Origin: an uncultured delta proteobacterium
GTDB lineage: Bacteria > Desulfobacterota > RBG-13-43-22
DNA: 64,000 nt
NCBI GenBank assembly: GCA_963790475.1
Contig: CAWBOS010000011.1
Span: 32,001 to 96,000, forward strand
Direction of reading: 5' to 3'
Made by a program: the position numbers and the translations under genes. Shown in pieces: positions 7,453-20,064 of the stretch (its first letter is position 1; each line of letters begins with the position of its first letter). The notes below the pieces were generated by a model. The model was not told the DNA's origin and made no database searches. It saw nothing but the letters and a program-made list of their open reading frames with translations.

Positions 7453-8850
7453 ATGCGATTCTCTTATCATCGAGGACTTGTTTTTCTTCTAATTCTAATC
7501 TTCTTTTGTTTGGGAACCGGGCTGCGCCAAGCCGGCGCCGACCAGGTGTTCTTAACCAATGGCGACCGCATCAGTGGCAGTTTAATCACCTTCTCACCAA
7601 CAGGGGTCCAAATTTCCTCCCCTCATTCCGGCACCCTCCGCATCGAACGCCAATACATTCAAAAGTTAGCCACGGATGGTAGAGTGGTTGTGGAATTAGT
7701 TTCTGGAGAACGGATTATCGGCAGGATAGTCCCGGGGAAAGGGGTAACGGTGGTTGTTCAATCCGATGTCCTCGGCGACCGGGCCCTGGCCCTTGATTCG
7801 GTAAAAATTATTCATCCCATTTTACCTGATGAACTCCCCCTGGTGAAAGCCGTGCCGGACCCATCGCAAAATACCTCCAAAACCGGAGCGGAAAGATCGG
7901 GCCGTCCTAAGGAAACAAACCTTTTATCGGCTCAGTTACAGGATGTTCGTGGCAAGGGATCAGAGTCTTCGAACGAAGCGGGTAAACCTGCTGCAAAATC
8001 ACCTGAGGAGATCGGTCAGACCAGAACAATCGGTCAAAAGCCGGAAGATGAGGAGGATATCAGGAAAATTTTCCTTCGACAAAACTCCGTTTTGCTACGG
8101 CCGCGCCAGGCGGAATTCGAGGCCGGTCTGAGTTACCTGGGCAATCAATCGGTTTCCTCCGTTGCAAATTTCAAGTTCCGCCAGTTTCAACTACCCCTGA
8201 CCCTCAGGATCGGCCTTCTGAATCAAGTCGAAGGTTTTCTGTCCTTGCCTATTGCCTATGCCCAACAGGAGCTGTCCTTCTCTGACAGCAGTACCAAAAG
8301 CGATAAATTTGGGGTCGGGGATGCCACGGGGGGACTGAATTTTGATATATACCGGGAAAGTGCCAGTTGGCCGGAGATCATTACCACCCTCCGCATAATA
8401 GCTCCGACAGGAGATCAACCACAGGAGGGAGGACTGTCGCTGGGCTCCGGTCACTGGGCCGGCACGGTGGGACTGCAATTCATCAAAACCACGGACCCGA
8501 TTGTCCTTTTCTGGGGATTCCAATACACGCATCAATTCGCGTCGCGGCACTTTTATATCGACGGATCTCATAACGTCCAGCCGGGAGAAACAATCGGCTA
8601 TAACTTTGGTTTCGGATTCGCCGTGAATGAAAATGTATCATTAAGCTCCCAGGTATCCGGAAGCTATCAATGGGAGACTCAATCCGATGGAACGACCGTA
8701 TCCGGTTCTTCCACTGAGCCGGTTTCTTTACGGGCGGCCTTGACTTATCGAATTTCAAAGAAAAGTTATATCGAGCCGTCTGTAACCTTCGGTTTTAATA
8801 ACGATACGCCGAATTTTGTTATTGGCCTTTCCGCCACACGCCGTTTTTAA
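7453..8850 (+). CDS. Outer-membrane beta-barrel transporter (FapF/SphA-like) with an N-terminal periplasmic domain
   Basis: Signal peptide; N-terminal LTNGDRISG/LVSGERIIG domain; linker; plug-like helix EEDIRKIFLRQ; amphipathic strands with GVGD and APTG..LGSG.W motifs; C-terminal Phe. Confidence 0.8.
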   Translation: MRFSYHRGLVFLLILIFFCLGTGLRQAGADQVFLTNGDRISGSLITFSPTGVQISSPHSGTLRIERQYIQKLATDGRVVVELVSGERIIGRIVPGKGVTVVVQSDVLGDRALALDSVKIIHPILPDELPLVKAVPDPSQNTSKTGAERSGRPKETNLLSAQLQDVRGKGSESSNEAGKPAAKSPEEIGQTRTIGQKPEDEEDIRKIFLRQNSVLLRPRQAEFEAGLSYLGNQSVSSVANFKFRQFQLPLTLRIGLLNQVEGFLSLPIAYAQQELSFSDSSTKSDKFGVGDATGGLNFDIYRESASWPEIITTLRIIAPTGDQPQEGGLSLGSGHWAGTVGLQFIKTTDPIVLFWGFQYTHQFASRHFYIDGSHNVQPGETIGYNFGFGFAVNENVSLSSQVSGSYQWETQSDGTTVSGSSTEPVSLRAALTYRISKKSYIEPSVTFGFNNDTPNFVIGLSATRRF

Positions 8851-8865
8851 GATCTGAGCATTGTT

Positions 8866-9549
8866 ATGAAGAAGCTGATTGCTATTTGCGGATTGTTTCT
8901 TGTCGGTATGATGCTTTATGGCTGTGCCACGCTAACGCCCCTTACTAATGTTTCTGTTATGCCCTTACAGGCAGGTGGAATCAGGACCGACCATTCCTTA
9001 CTTTCCTGGAAAGAGTTGCGCGATCGAAATGTGGTCATCCAGAGATTTGATTACTCTTGCGGTTCAGGGGCCTTAGCAACCCTTCTGCGATATTACTTCG
9101 GAGATAAGGTGAGCGAGGAAGAGCTTCTTCTGAGCATTCTCGGCCGGATGACCGAAGAGGAGGTCAAAGATCGGGAGAAAAACGGACTTTCCCTGCTCGA
9201 CCTTAAACGTTGTGCTGAGCAAAGGGGTTACCAGGCTGTCGGTGTGAGGTTGAATTATGCAAGCTTGCCCAAGTTGAAAGGGCCGGTGCTCATCCATTTG
9301 GAGCGTGAGGACTATAAGCATTTCGCCGTGCTAAAAGGAGCCCGGGGGGACCGCATTTACCTGGCGGACCCTAGTCGCGGCAATATCCGAATGTCAGTGG
9401 ATCGTTTCGCAAAAGAATGGTCCGGCATAGCCTTGGTTTTGGGTAAGAGCGGCTTCGGTCTTCCGCAAAAATATCCTCTGGCTATAGATGACCAGGAACC
9501 TGTTCAGAACGAATTACTTGACGCCAGAAGATCTCTTTATACCAGGTAA
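8866..9549 (+). CDS. Stand-alone C39-family cysteine peptidase (FapD-like), probable lipoprotein
   Basis: LYGC lipobox-like; SWKELRDRNVVIQRFDYSCG (Q59, C65), HFAVLKG, LADPS. Confidence 0.9.
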   Translation: MKKLIAICGLFLVGMMLYGCATLTPLTNVSVMPLQAGGIRTDHSLLSWKELRDRNVVIQRFDYSCGSGALATLLRYYFGDKVSEEELLLSILGRMTEEEVKDREKNGLSLLDLKRCAEQRGYQAVGVRLNYASLPKLKGPVLIHLEREDYKHFAVLKGARGDRIYLADPSRGNIRMSVDRFAKEWSGIALVLGKSGFGLPQKYPLAIDDQEPVQNELLDARRSLYTR

Positions 9550-9757
9550 AACAAAAAGAATTATTTTAATAAGGCTCGAACACACCCAAATTTTTCTCCT
9601 TGACCACATTCGTTCGCCATCTTATAATCATTTTATTCCAAAGCCTTTTTAGGCCATTTCATTAAGTCTACACCCGGCTGGTTTCCGCGCTGATCCTACC
9701 AAGAAAACGAAGCTATCCCGAGGTAAAAGTAGTTGATTTCTTAAGAAGGAGAAAAAC

Positions 9758-10537
9758 ATGAATCGTTTAGGCCGGTCTTTTATTTTTTCTGTACTTTTTC
9801 TGGGAATGATTTTATGGGGTAATTCAGCCCTTCCTTCATCTACTAAGGCCCAATGTCCCCAGAAGGAAAAAATTAACCGGGGAATCCAAAAGACTTTTCC
9901 AAAATTACAGTATGGGATCATCAGGATAGATCCCAGTAAGGTCAAAGGTCTCTGTCAGATTCAACTGAAAATAGGGGGTAAGCTTGAGCTCCTCTATGCC
10001 GATTCACAGGGGGATTTTTTGTTCACCGGAAACCTTCATGAAGCGAAAACCGGCACAAATCTGACCCAGGAAACGGTTCAGTTGCTGAACCGGCTGACTC
10101 CGGAGGAGCTACGTCAAATAGAATCTTTGACGGCCTTCACTATTGGTCAGGGGAAAAAAGTAGTCTATCTGATCACGGATCCCCAGTGTCCCTTTTGCAA
10201 ACAAGCTGAATCTCTGGTTAAGAAACTAATCCCCAAGGAGGATCTCTCGGTCCATTTTATTTTCTTCCCCTTGGACTCCCACAAGGGGGCCAAGGAACAA
10301 TGCATTTCAGTCCTCTGTGACAACAAGGGTATTGAAGGTTTTGACAGCGGTTACCGATCAGACAACCAGTGTCCGGAGGGGACCAAAAAAGTAAATAATA
10401 CCATCGCCTTCTTACAGAAAAAAGGAATCAACGCCACTCCCACCTTTATTTTTATGGATGGAGTTTACCAATCCGGGGTTCCGACCGAGGAGGTATTGCG
10501 GAATCGGTTGGGGCTGTCAAAATCTATTTCGAAATAA
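9758..10537 (+). CDS. DsbC-family thiol:disulfide isomerase
   Basis: Signal peptide, dimerisation domain, TDPQCPFC and GINATPT. Confidence 0.88.
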   Translation: MNRLGRSFIFSVLFLGMILWGNSALPSSTKAQCPQKEKINRGIQKTFPKLQYGIIRIDPSKVKGLCQIQLKIGGKLELLYADSQGDFLFTGNLHEAKTGTNLTQETVQLLNRLTPEELRQIESLTAFTIGQGKKVVYLITDPQCPFCKQAESLVKKLIPKEDLSVHFIFFPLDSHKGAKEQCISVLCDNKGIEGFDSGYRSDNQCPEGTKKVNNTIAFLQKKGINATPTFIFMDGVYQSGVPTEEVLRNRLGLSKSISK

Positions 10538-10687
10538 TCTTTCGGACCCGGAGATAAAACCTCGAGTTGCTGAGAAAGTATCAAATGTTACATCAAAGCT
10601 GGTCTTCATGTCTGCTGATAATGATCACAGTCCAGGGGGGGCTAGGCTACCCGTCTGCAATCTAAAATATTTCATAGGGGAGAAAAA

Positions 10688-11743
10688 ATGAGCATTCTGA
10701 ACAAAATTATTGAATCCATCCAATCCATAAACTGGTCCTTAGAACCGGCTGTACGAGCCCATCTGGATCAACTGACCAAACCGCCCAAAAGCCTGGGCCT
10801 GCTGGAAGACCTGGCGGCCCAATATTGCCTGATCACCAGCACTCCAAAGCCCACTCTGGGCAGAAAAAAGATTTTTACTTTTGCCGGGGACCACGGGGTG
10901 GCTGAAGAAGGCGTATCGGCTTATCCAAAAGAAGTGACCCCTCAGATGGTCAGAAATATGCTGGCCGGTGGAGCGGCGGTGAATGTCCTGGCCGGGCATG
11001 CCGGGGCGGAGGTGTGTGTGATCGATATCGGGGTGGCCGATCCCCTGGCTGATGCCCCGGGTCTCATCCGTCGGAAAATAAAATCCGGGACCAATAACAT
11101 CGCCTTAGGTCCGGCGATGAGCCTTGAAGAAGCCACCCGAGCGATAGAAATCGGAATCGAACTGGCCCGCTCGGCTGCGGATGAGGGGGTGACCTTAATC
11201 GGCAGCGGAGAGATGGGCATTGCCAATACCACCCCTTCTTCAGCCTTGTTTGCGACCTTGCTCCCTTGCCCGGTGGAAGATATCACCGGCCGCGGGACCG
11301 GTATTGATGACGCCGGGTTGATAAAGAAAATCGAAGTCATCAAACGATCTTTGAAAGTCAACCAGGACAGACTGACCGATCCGCTTAACACCCTGGCGGC
11401 TCTTGGAGGATTGGAGATAGCCGGGATCTGTGGCCTTTGTCTGGGTGCGGCTGCGGCTCGTGTCCCGGTAGTTGTGGACGGGTTTATTTCTTCAGCCGGG
11501 GCCTTGGCGGCTTGCAGGCTATGTCCCCCGGTTAAGGATTATCTCTTTTTCAGCCATCTGTCCGAAGAGGCCGGTCACGCAACTTTTCTGCGAATTTTCA
11601 AAGTGAAACCCATTCTGGATCTAAAGATGCGCCTCGGAGAGGGGACCGGTGCGGCTCTGGCCATGACCATTATTGAGGCGGCTGTAAAGATTTACAACGA
11701 GATGGCCACCTTCGCCTCAGCCGGGGTGAGTGAGAAGGCGTGA
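10688..11743 (+). CDS. cobT: Nicotinate-nucleotide--dimethylbenzimidazole phosphoribosyltransferase
   Basis: [36 protein letters not shown]. Confidence 0.96.
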   Translation: MSILNKIIESIQSINWSLEPAVRAHLDQLTKPPKSLGLLEDLAAQYCLITSTPKPTLGRKKIFTFAGDHGVAEEGVSAYPKEVTPQMVRNMLAGGAAVNVLAGHAGAEVCVIDIGVADPLADAPGLIRRKIKSGTNNIALGPAMSLEEATRAIEIGIELARSAADEGVTLIGSGEMGIANTTPSSALFATLLPCPVEDITGRGTGIDDAGLIKKIEVIKRSLKVNQDRLTDPLNTLAALGGLEIAGICGLCLGAAAARVPVVVDGFISSAGALAACRLCPPVKDYLFFSHLSEEAGHATFLRIFKVKPILDLKMRLGEGTGAALAMTIIEAAVKIYNEMATFASAGVSEKA

Positions 11744-11807
11744 GGCGGGAAAGATCAAAAAAACCTGTAGTGAATGCCTCAACCCTTCTCGCCACTTGCC
11801 TGCCTTT

Positions 11808-12568
11808 TTAAAACCGGAGAGACAACCCGATATAAGGACCTCCCAACTTTACTTTGGCGTAGTCCGGGTCGTTACGGGCTTCGATATCCAAGAGCCGGTA
11901 TCCCCCGCTGATACTGAAATTCTTAAAGGGGATAAACTTGACACCGGCATCGACCTCCCATATCGTTCCATATTGTCCTGCCGGAAGCCCGGATACTTCG
12001 GCAAAGAAATTCAAGAAAGGAGTTGGATTGATGTCCAGGGCCACTCCCAGAGTAGGCAGCCAAGCCGTAAAATTCCATTTGTTATCTATTCCAAGGTTCG
12101 GTGCGGCCAAGGAAACATCTCCCCAGACCCCATTGATCTCCAGCAGGGTCCCGAATTTAAACATTCCCCCTTCCAGGTTGACGAACTGGTAGGCCCATCC
12201 GAAACGTAAATATTGGAGATCCAGGTTGCCGATCACCCGGGTGTTGACCGCATAAATATCACCCCCGAAATCCACGGTCCTTTTTAAATTGGAGTCGGTA
12301 TTATAACTGATGGGGGTGTAATTTAAGGTAACCGATGGGTCGGGCTAATAAAGAAATTAAACCGGCCGGAGAAGAAATTCTTATCCCCTATATCCAAATC
12401 CGATTTCAGGTCGATATCCGTACCCTGGCCCCCCCGGGTCAACTTGCTCTCGGCCGAGAGATTAGTTATCCAGTACCGGCCTTCAAATTCGACAACCGGA
12501 TCCTGAGCCGAGACCGTACCCACGGCTAAAAGAAAAAGAACCAATCCCAAAACCAGATTTTTAAGCAT
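11808..12568 (-). pseudogene. Outer-membrane beta-barrel protein, frameshifted near 12330
   Basis: Signal-peptide ORF 12323-12568 joins 11808-12275 if one base is restored (THRxTLNYTPISYNTDSNLKRTVDFGG); C-terminal ...GPYIGLSLRF. Confidence 0.75.
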
Positions 12569-12796
12569 AACTATTCCCTCCTAATCGGCAAATTAGAGAT
12601 AGATGACCTCATCCTCTTTTTTCCACTGGGGGAACACCATACATAAAAAGGTTAAATCAGGATAATCGGTATTTTGGACGTATTGTTTAGAATTGGGAGG
12701 GATATATATGAAAGTAAATTCCATTCTTTAGATCCTGGATAAAAATCAAGAGTCCCCTTTTCCCTCCTATGGGGTTCTCAAAAAGTTCTTATACCC

Positions 12797-14203
12797 GAGC
12801 CTCTTGCAAAAGTCTATTTTTAGGGAATAGACAAGCATAAAGAGTGAGCCTCAGCGGTGGTTCTGTGTTAAGATGATGTTTAGAAAGAACACAAAAAAAC
12901 ACAGGAGACACCGATGAAGCTCTGGAAAAAAGTATCATGGTTAAGGGGTAGATTGCAACAAGGTTTATTTTCCGATTTAGAAGAATGTTGGGAACAGCCT
13001 TTGACTGAAAAAGAGGAACGGCTGGTGACGATATTGGAACTGGTTGAGGTTGAAAGATATGTTCCCCGGAGTTCTTTAAATCAGTGGATGGGGAGGAAGA
13101 TCCTTGAGCGCCAAGCGATAGCGCGGGCTTTTGTGGCCAAGACGGTCTATAACCATTCCTTCACCAGATCAACCATTGAACATTTGAAAACGACGTCTAA
13201 TGTAAGACGCATCTGCGGGTTCGAAAAGGTATCCGACATTCCCTCTGAGGCCACTTTTTCCAGGGCCTTTGCGGAGTTTGCCGAAGGGGGGCTTGGCGAA
13301 AAAGTTCACGAAGCCCTGGTGGAACGTTGTTTAAAGCCGGAACTGGTTGGTCATATATCCCGAGACGCAACGGCCATAGAAGGTCGGGAAAAGCCGACTA
13401 AGAAGCCTGTAAAAGAAAAGCCTGCGCCGAAGAAGAGAGGACGTCCAGTCAAGGGAGAACTCCGTGATTCCAAGGAAGACAAACGCTTGACCAGGCAACG
13501 AGAGCAATCAGTTGAAGAGGCCTTAAAAGAATTGCCGGTTTACTGCGACGTAGGGACCAAGAAGAACTCCAAAGGGTACAAAGAGACCTGGGTCGGGTAT
13601 AAACTCCATGCCGATGTTAATGATTGCGGATTGCCGGTGAGTGTCGTCTTGACCGCAGCATCGCTTCATGACAGCCAGGTCGCTATACCGTTAATGAAGA
13701 TGACTAGTTCCAAGGTGGATTATCTTTATGATTTGATGGATGCCGCTTATGACGCTGGATCTATCTATGCAATCAGCAGAGCTCTGGGACATGTGCCCAT
13801 TATCGACAAGAACTTCCGCGGTAAGGATGTGATCCCTATGGCTCCCCACGAGGCCAGAAGATTTAATGGAAGGACAGCATCAGAACGGTTCAATAGCCGG
13901 TTAAAAGAAGAGTTCGGTGCCAAGAATGTCATGGTCCGAGGAGCCTTGAAAGTCAATCTCCATCTCATGTTTGGCGTCCTGGCGCTCTTTGCGGATCAGT
14001 TGATAAAGTTGGCTTCCTGAGTAAATTTTCAAAGAACGGGGTGAAAAGTTCAGGTCAGGAGGAGAACTATGCCTGAAAATTGTTACCAAAGTCTCAAATC
14101 TGACTATCGTCGTTAAGAAAGACCCAAAATTTCTAAATCGACTGGGATAACCGCCTGCTGATATATTTCATCATGCAGTTTTTATAAGTTTTGCAAAAGG
14201 CTC
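12797..14203 (+). mobile_element. IS5/IS1182-like insertion sequence
   Basis: Terminal inverted repeats GAGCCTCTTGCAAAAGT / AGTTTTGCAAAAGGCTC; 4-bp duplication ACCC at 12793-12796 and 14204-14207. Confidence 0.9.
12914..14020 (+). CDS. DDE transposase
   Basis: PSEATFSR, SRDATAI, GYKLH, MDAAYD, ERFNSRLK. Confidence 0.93.
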   Translation: MKLWKKVSWLRGRLQQGLFSDLEECWEQPLTEKEERLVTILELVEVERYVPRSSLNQWMGRKILERQAIARAFVAKTVYNHSFTRSTIEHLKTTSNVRRICGFEKVSDIPSEATFSRAFAEFAEGGLGEKVHEALVERCLKPELVGHISRDATAIEGREKPTKKPVKEKPAPKKRGRPVKGELRDSKEDKRLTRQREQSVEEALKELPVYCDVGTKKNSKGYKETWVGYKLHADVNDCGLPVSVVLTAASLHDSQVAIPLMKMTSSKVDYLYDLMDAAYDAGSIYAISRALGHVPIIDKNFRGKDVIPMAPHEARRFNGRTASERFNSRLKEEFGAKNVMVRGALKVNLHLMFGVLALFADQLIKLAS

Positions 14204-14597
14204 ACCCTTATTCAATTATTCTAATTTTGCAAGAAAAAATATTCAGGAAATAAAACCCTGTTGAATTATTAATGAGATCCGTCATCATTTGATGGGTTTA
14301 AAAAAAATCCCCTCCAATCCTCGGATGAAGACCTTCCAGTAAGATCCCTGGAAAGAGTTTGTGAGTCATGCGAATAAAAGGTTTGTGAAGTAAAAAACTT
14401 GGTTTCCTTTTTTAAGATTTACAACTTGTAAAAAATATTGGCATATTCTATTTTGCCATCAAAGGGTAAAGAAATAAGTTTCGGTAAATAGATTCGGGGG
14501 TGAAAAGGTCTGGTTTTTACAATAAATCAGAAGGTTAAGTAGTACCCCTAAAAAAGTATTTTTATGTGTACCCTTCTTCCCAACCTCCCCCTATTGC

Positions 14598-14614
14598 TTG
14601 GTATAAAGTTTGCA
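14598..14614 (+). promoter_or_regulatory. Candidate sigma54 (-24/-12) promoter upstream of acs
   Basis: TTGGTATAAAGTTTGCA has GG-N10-GC spacing. Confidence 0.55.
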
Positions 14615-14879
14615 AATTATATTTATAATTTTTATCAATTTTTTTAATATTAAGCCCCTGGCAAAAGGCTTTTGATATCTTTTATAGTTTTTACACCATC
14701 GGAATACTATTGATAAATTGATAGGTTGGCGCTCCAGAGAACCAATACCATTTAAGGGGGGAGGGATGACCAAGGACTGAAAGCTGAAAAAGGATTTTAT
14801 CCTTTAATGTTATAAGAAAATTATTAAAAATTTAGTCATAAAGAATCGTTATCACACTTTCAAATATAAACTTAGGAGG

Positions 14880-16880
<2,001 letters not shown>

Positions 16881-17092
16881 GGAAAGATAGACTATTTTCA
16901 CCCATTTTTTTTAGATTGATTGATGCCACAGAGACAGCGAGGTCATGAAGGGAACAAGTTATCTGCTGGGGTCGCTTTTTTCACAGCTAACACAACCGGG
17001 TCCCCCTTCCCGGTGACCTCCTGATCTCTGTGGGGAATGAAGTCTCAGCCTTTCATCGGGACCATTTCATCCACTTAAAAGGACAAAAAACC

Positions 17093-18385
17093 ATGGCAAC
17101 ACATGTTGATAAAGAACCGGGAAGGGCTTGGGTTGTTGCCTTTGCCGGAGTAGCAATCAATCTTTGTTTAGGTATGCTCTATGCGTGGAGCGTCTGGAAA
17201 AAGGCTCTGGTTAATAAACCCAAGGCGGATGCCGGGGAATTGATGACCGGAATAAATGCGGGCTGGGCTTATCTGACCGATACACAAGGAACGGTGGCCT
17301 ATTTTCTCTGCGGCATCATGTTTGCCGTTTTTATGATACCAGGAGGCAAACTCCAGGATCGTTTTGGTCCGAAAATAGGGGCAACTTTGGGGGGCCTTTC
17401 CCTGGCAGCAGGCTGCATTTTATCCGGGCTAATGAAAAGTTACCTGGGATTGATTCTTGGCTTTGGAATACTTGGGGGTATCGGTATGGGTCTTGGTTAT
17501 GCCGCACCCACACCGGCCGCCCTCAAATGGTTCGGGCCGCACCGAAGGGGTCTGATTGCCGGTATAGTGGTTGGTGGTTTCGGAGGGGCAGCCCTTTATG
17601 TAGCCCCTTTAGGACAATATTTTATTGAAAAATACGGCATCTCCGGCAGCTTTATCGGCCTGGGAATTATCTTTGCGATTGTAGTGGTGATTGCCAGCCA
17701 GCTGTTATCCAATCCGCCTGCCGGTTATGTCCCTGTAGGACCACCCCCCGGTAAAGCCAGTTCTCAACCCGTTACTACCGCGGCAGCCGATTATGCTCCG
17801 ACCGAGATGTTGTCTAAATGGCAATATTATGCCCTGCTTTTGATGTTCATCGGGAGCGCCCAGTCCGGTCTCCTGGTCATTGCCAATGCCGCCCCCCTCC
17901 TGGCCAAGACCGCCGGGAAACTCGAGTTTTTTGCCAGAAACGCCTGGATCATCGCCGCCTATGGCGGTTTGATCAATGCCTTCGGCCGGGTCGGTTCCGG
18001 GCTCTATTCGGATAAGATCGGCAGGGGAAACGCCTATACCGTCAATTTACTGGTTTCGGCGGTATTTTTACTGGCCACCCCCTTTATCATCCAGGCCGAG
18101 AGTATCCCTCTTTTGTTTTTAGCGACCGGCGTCGCCTATTGGCAGTACGGAGGGGGGCTTTCGATCATGCCCGCTTTTACGGCCGACTACTTCGGTTCCA
18201 AAAACTTAGGGGTCAACTACGGGCTGGTATTCCTCGGCTGGGGTTTAGGTTTTTTAATGCCTTTGATTGCCGGTTATATCAAAGATAGTACCGGTTCTTA
18301 TTCCCTGTCATTTTATATCTCGGCAGTGATATTAGTCGTAGCAGTCGTCCTCTGCCGGTTTTTAAAGAAGCCGGGGGAAAAATAA
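17093..18385 (+). CDS. MFS transporter, oxalate:formate antiporter (OFA) family
   Basis: G.LYAWSV, G.LQDRFGP, KWF...RGL; about 12 hydrophobic segments. Confidence 0.88.
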   Translation: MATHVDKEPGRAWVVAFAGVAINLCLGMLYAWSVWKKALVNKPKADAGELMTGINAGWAYLTDTQGTVAYFLCGIMFAVFMIPGGKLQDRFGPKIGATLGGLSLAAGCILSGLMKSYLGLILGFGILGGIGMGLGYAAPTPAALKWFGPHRRGLIAGIVVGGFGGAALYVAPLGQYFIEKYGISGSFIGLGIIFAIVVVIASQLLSNPPAGYVPVGPPPGKASSQPVTTAAADYAPTEMLSKWQYYALLLMFIGSAQSGLLVIANAAPLLAKTAGKLEFFARNAWIIAAYGGLINAFGRVGSGLYSDKIGRGNAYTVNLLVSAVFLLATPFIIQAESIPLLFLATGVAYWQYGGGLSIMPAFTADYFGSKNLGVNYGLVFLGWGLGFLMPLIAGYIKDSTGSYSLSFYISAVILVVAVVLCRFLKKPGEK

Positions 18386-18415
18386 GAACAGGTTCAAGGA
18401 GTTGAAAGAAAGTTT

Positions 18416-18484
18416 TCAGTTCGGAGTTTAGAGTTCGGATCAAAGCGTTTCTAATTATAACTCAATACTCCGAACTCCGAACTT
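18416..18484. repeat. Palindromic heptamer-type repeat (GTTCGGA/TCCGAAC) between convergent genes; related copy at 39723-39808
   Basis: AGTTCGGAGTT...ACTCCGAACTCCGAACT. Confidence 0.6.
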
Positions 18485-18485
18485 G

Positions 18486-19620
18486 TTATATTCCATGTAA
18501 GGGGAAAATCATATCCTGAATATAGGTCACCACTTTTCGAGCCTCCTCAAAGGCCTTCTCTTTGATCTCTCCCTCGCTTAAGTAGGGGTAGTCATACAGG
18601 CTGCCTACTTCCATCTCGGGCCCGAACATCATTCCGCCAACCAGACCGGCGAATTCATCCATGGGCACGACCTCATTTAGAATAGCCCAGGCCAGGGTCC
18701 AGCACCGGGCCGTACGATAGAGATCGTAGCCGCCGCCTCCCAGGCCGATTACCTTGGGACAAAGTTCCCGGATAGTCCTCACTGTTTGCTGATAACCGTT
18801 GTTGGTCAATTTTAAATGGGTGAGGGGATCGGAAATCAAAGTGTCAGCCCCGAGTTCGGCTACAATGATATCCGGGTTAAAAGATCTGACCAAGGGTGGA
18901 ACTACGGCATCGAAGGCAAAGCCATATACTTCATCATCGGTCCCGGGCTCCAGAGGTACATTAATGGTAAAGCCTTCTCCTTCCCCTTTTCCGGTCTCCG
19001 TTTCCCATCCGGACCAGGGATAAAGGGTTTTCCCGGTCTCATGCAGAGAAATAAACAGTACCCTTGGGTCTTCATAGAAGGCCTCCTGGACGCCATTTCC
19101 GTGATGGGCATCGCAATCGATATAAGCGACTTTTAGATCCGGCATTTTATTAAGGGCAGCGATTATGGAAATACTGATGTCATTCAGATAACAGAACCCT
19201 TCTACATGGTCCGGCATGGCATGATGAAACCCTCCAAGAGGGTTAAAAGCCGCATCGGCCCGACCGCTTAGGATATGCTCTATGGCCTGGTGGGTTCCCC
19301 CGGCTGCCCGCAACACCCAATCATAAATCCCCGGCAGTATCGGGTTATCTTTTGTCCCCAGACCGAATTCCAACATCTCCAGTTCGAACTCTCCCCGACT
19401 GGCCTTCTCGATGGCTTGAATCAAGGCGGGTGTATGAAAAAGGGTGAGCAGGTTTGGATCCAAGGGCTCGGGGATCGAGGATGGTCATCCAGGGACGATT
19501 CATGACCCCATAACGGGTGCAAAGGTCATAGGTCTTGATAGCCCTTTCCGGCTTATAAGGGTGATCATATCCGAAATCAAATTGGGCCATTTCTCCTGAA
19601 TATACAAAAATCGTCTTCAT
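18486..19620 (-). CDS. AcuC/HDAC-family deacetylase with an apparent +1 frameshift near 19470
   Basis: HPYKPER N-terminus (19620 onward) joins GGFHHA, GFCYLND, DAHHGNG and GGGGY after removing one C from a CCCC run. Confidence 0.85.
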
Positions 19621-19663
19621 CCTTACCTCGTCAACCGGTCTAATAGAAGTTTCTCTTCGAAAT

Positions 19664-20029
19664 TCAGCCGAGCACATCCGCTATCAGGGCCAGGAGCCTT
19701 TGAGGAGATATCGGCTTGGATAAAAAGAGGTTAGCCCCTACCTCCATCCCACGTTTTTGATCCTCTTCCTGGTTTTTAGCCGATAAGAAAATGATAGGCG
19801 TCCCTTTGCTGGCTGGTTTTTCCCTGATTTTCTTGCACAGTTCAAAGCCATCCATTTCAGGCATGACAATATCGAGAATCATCAGATCAAATATTTCCTG
19901 GTCGAGTTTTTTAAGGGCTTCGGAACCTCTGGAAAAGGTATGGACTTCATAATTTTGAGCCTTGAGGAGTTCTCTCAGGGCCATGAGGACCAATTCATCA
20001 TCATCAACAATAAGGATACGTTTCGCCAT
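19664..20029 (-). CDS. Single-domain response regulator
   Basis: ILIVDDD, LDIVMPEMDG, SKP. Confidence 0.93.
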   Translation of the reverse strand: MAKRILIVDDDELVLMALRELLKAQNYEVHTFSRGSEALKKLDQEIFDLMILDIVMPEMDGFELCKKIREKPASKGTPIIFLSAKNQEEDQKRGMEVGANLFLSKPISPQRLLALIADVLG

Positions 20030-20064
20030 TTTCTGACTCCTTGTTTATGTAAAAATAGACGGGC

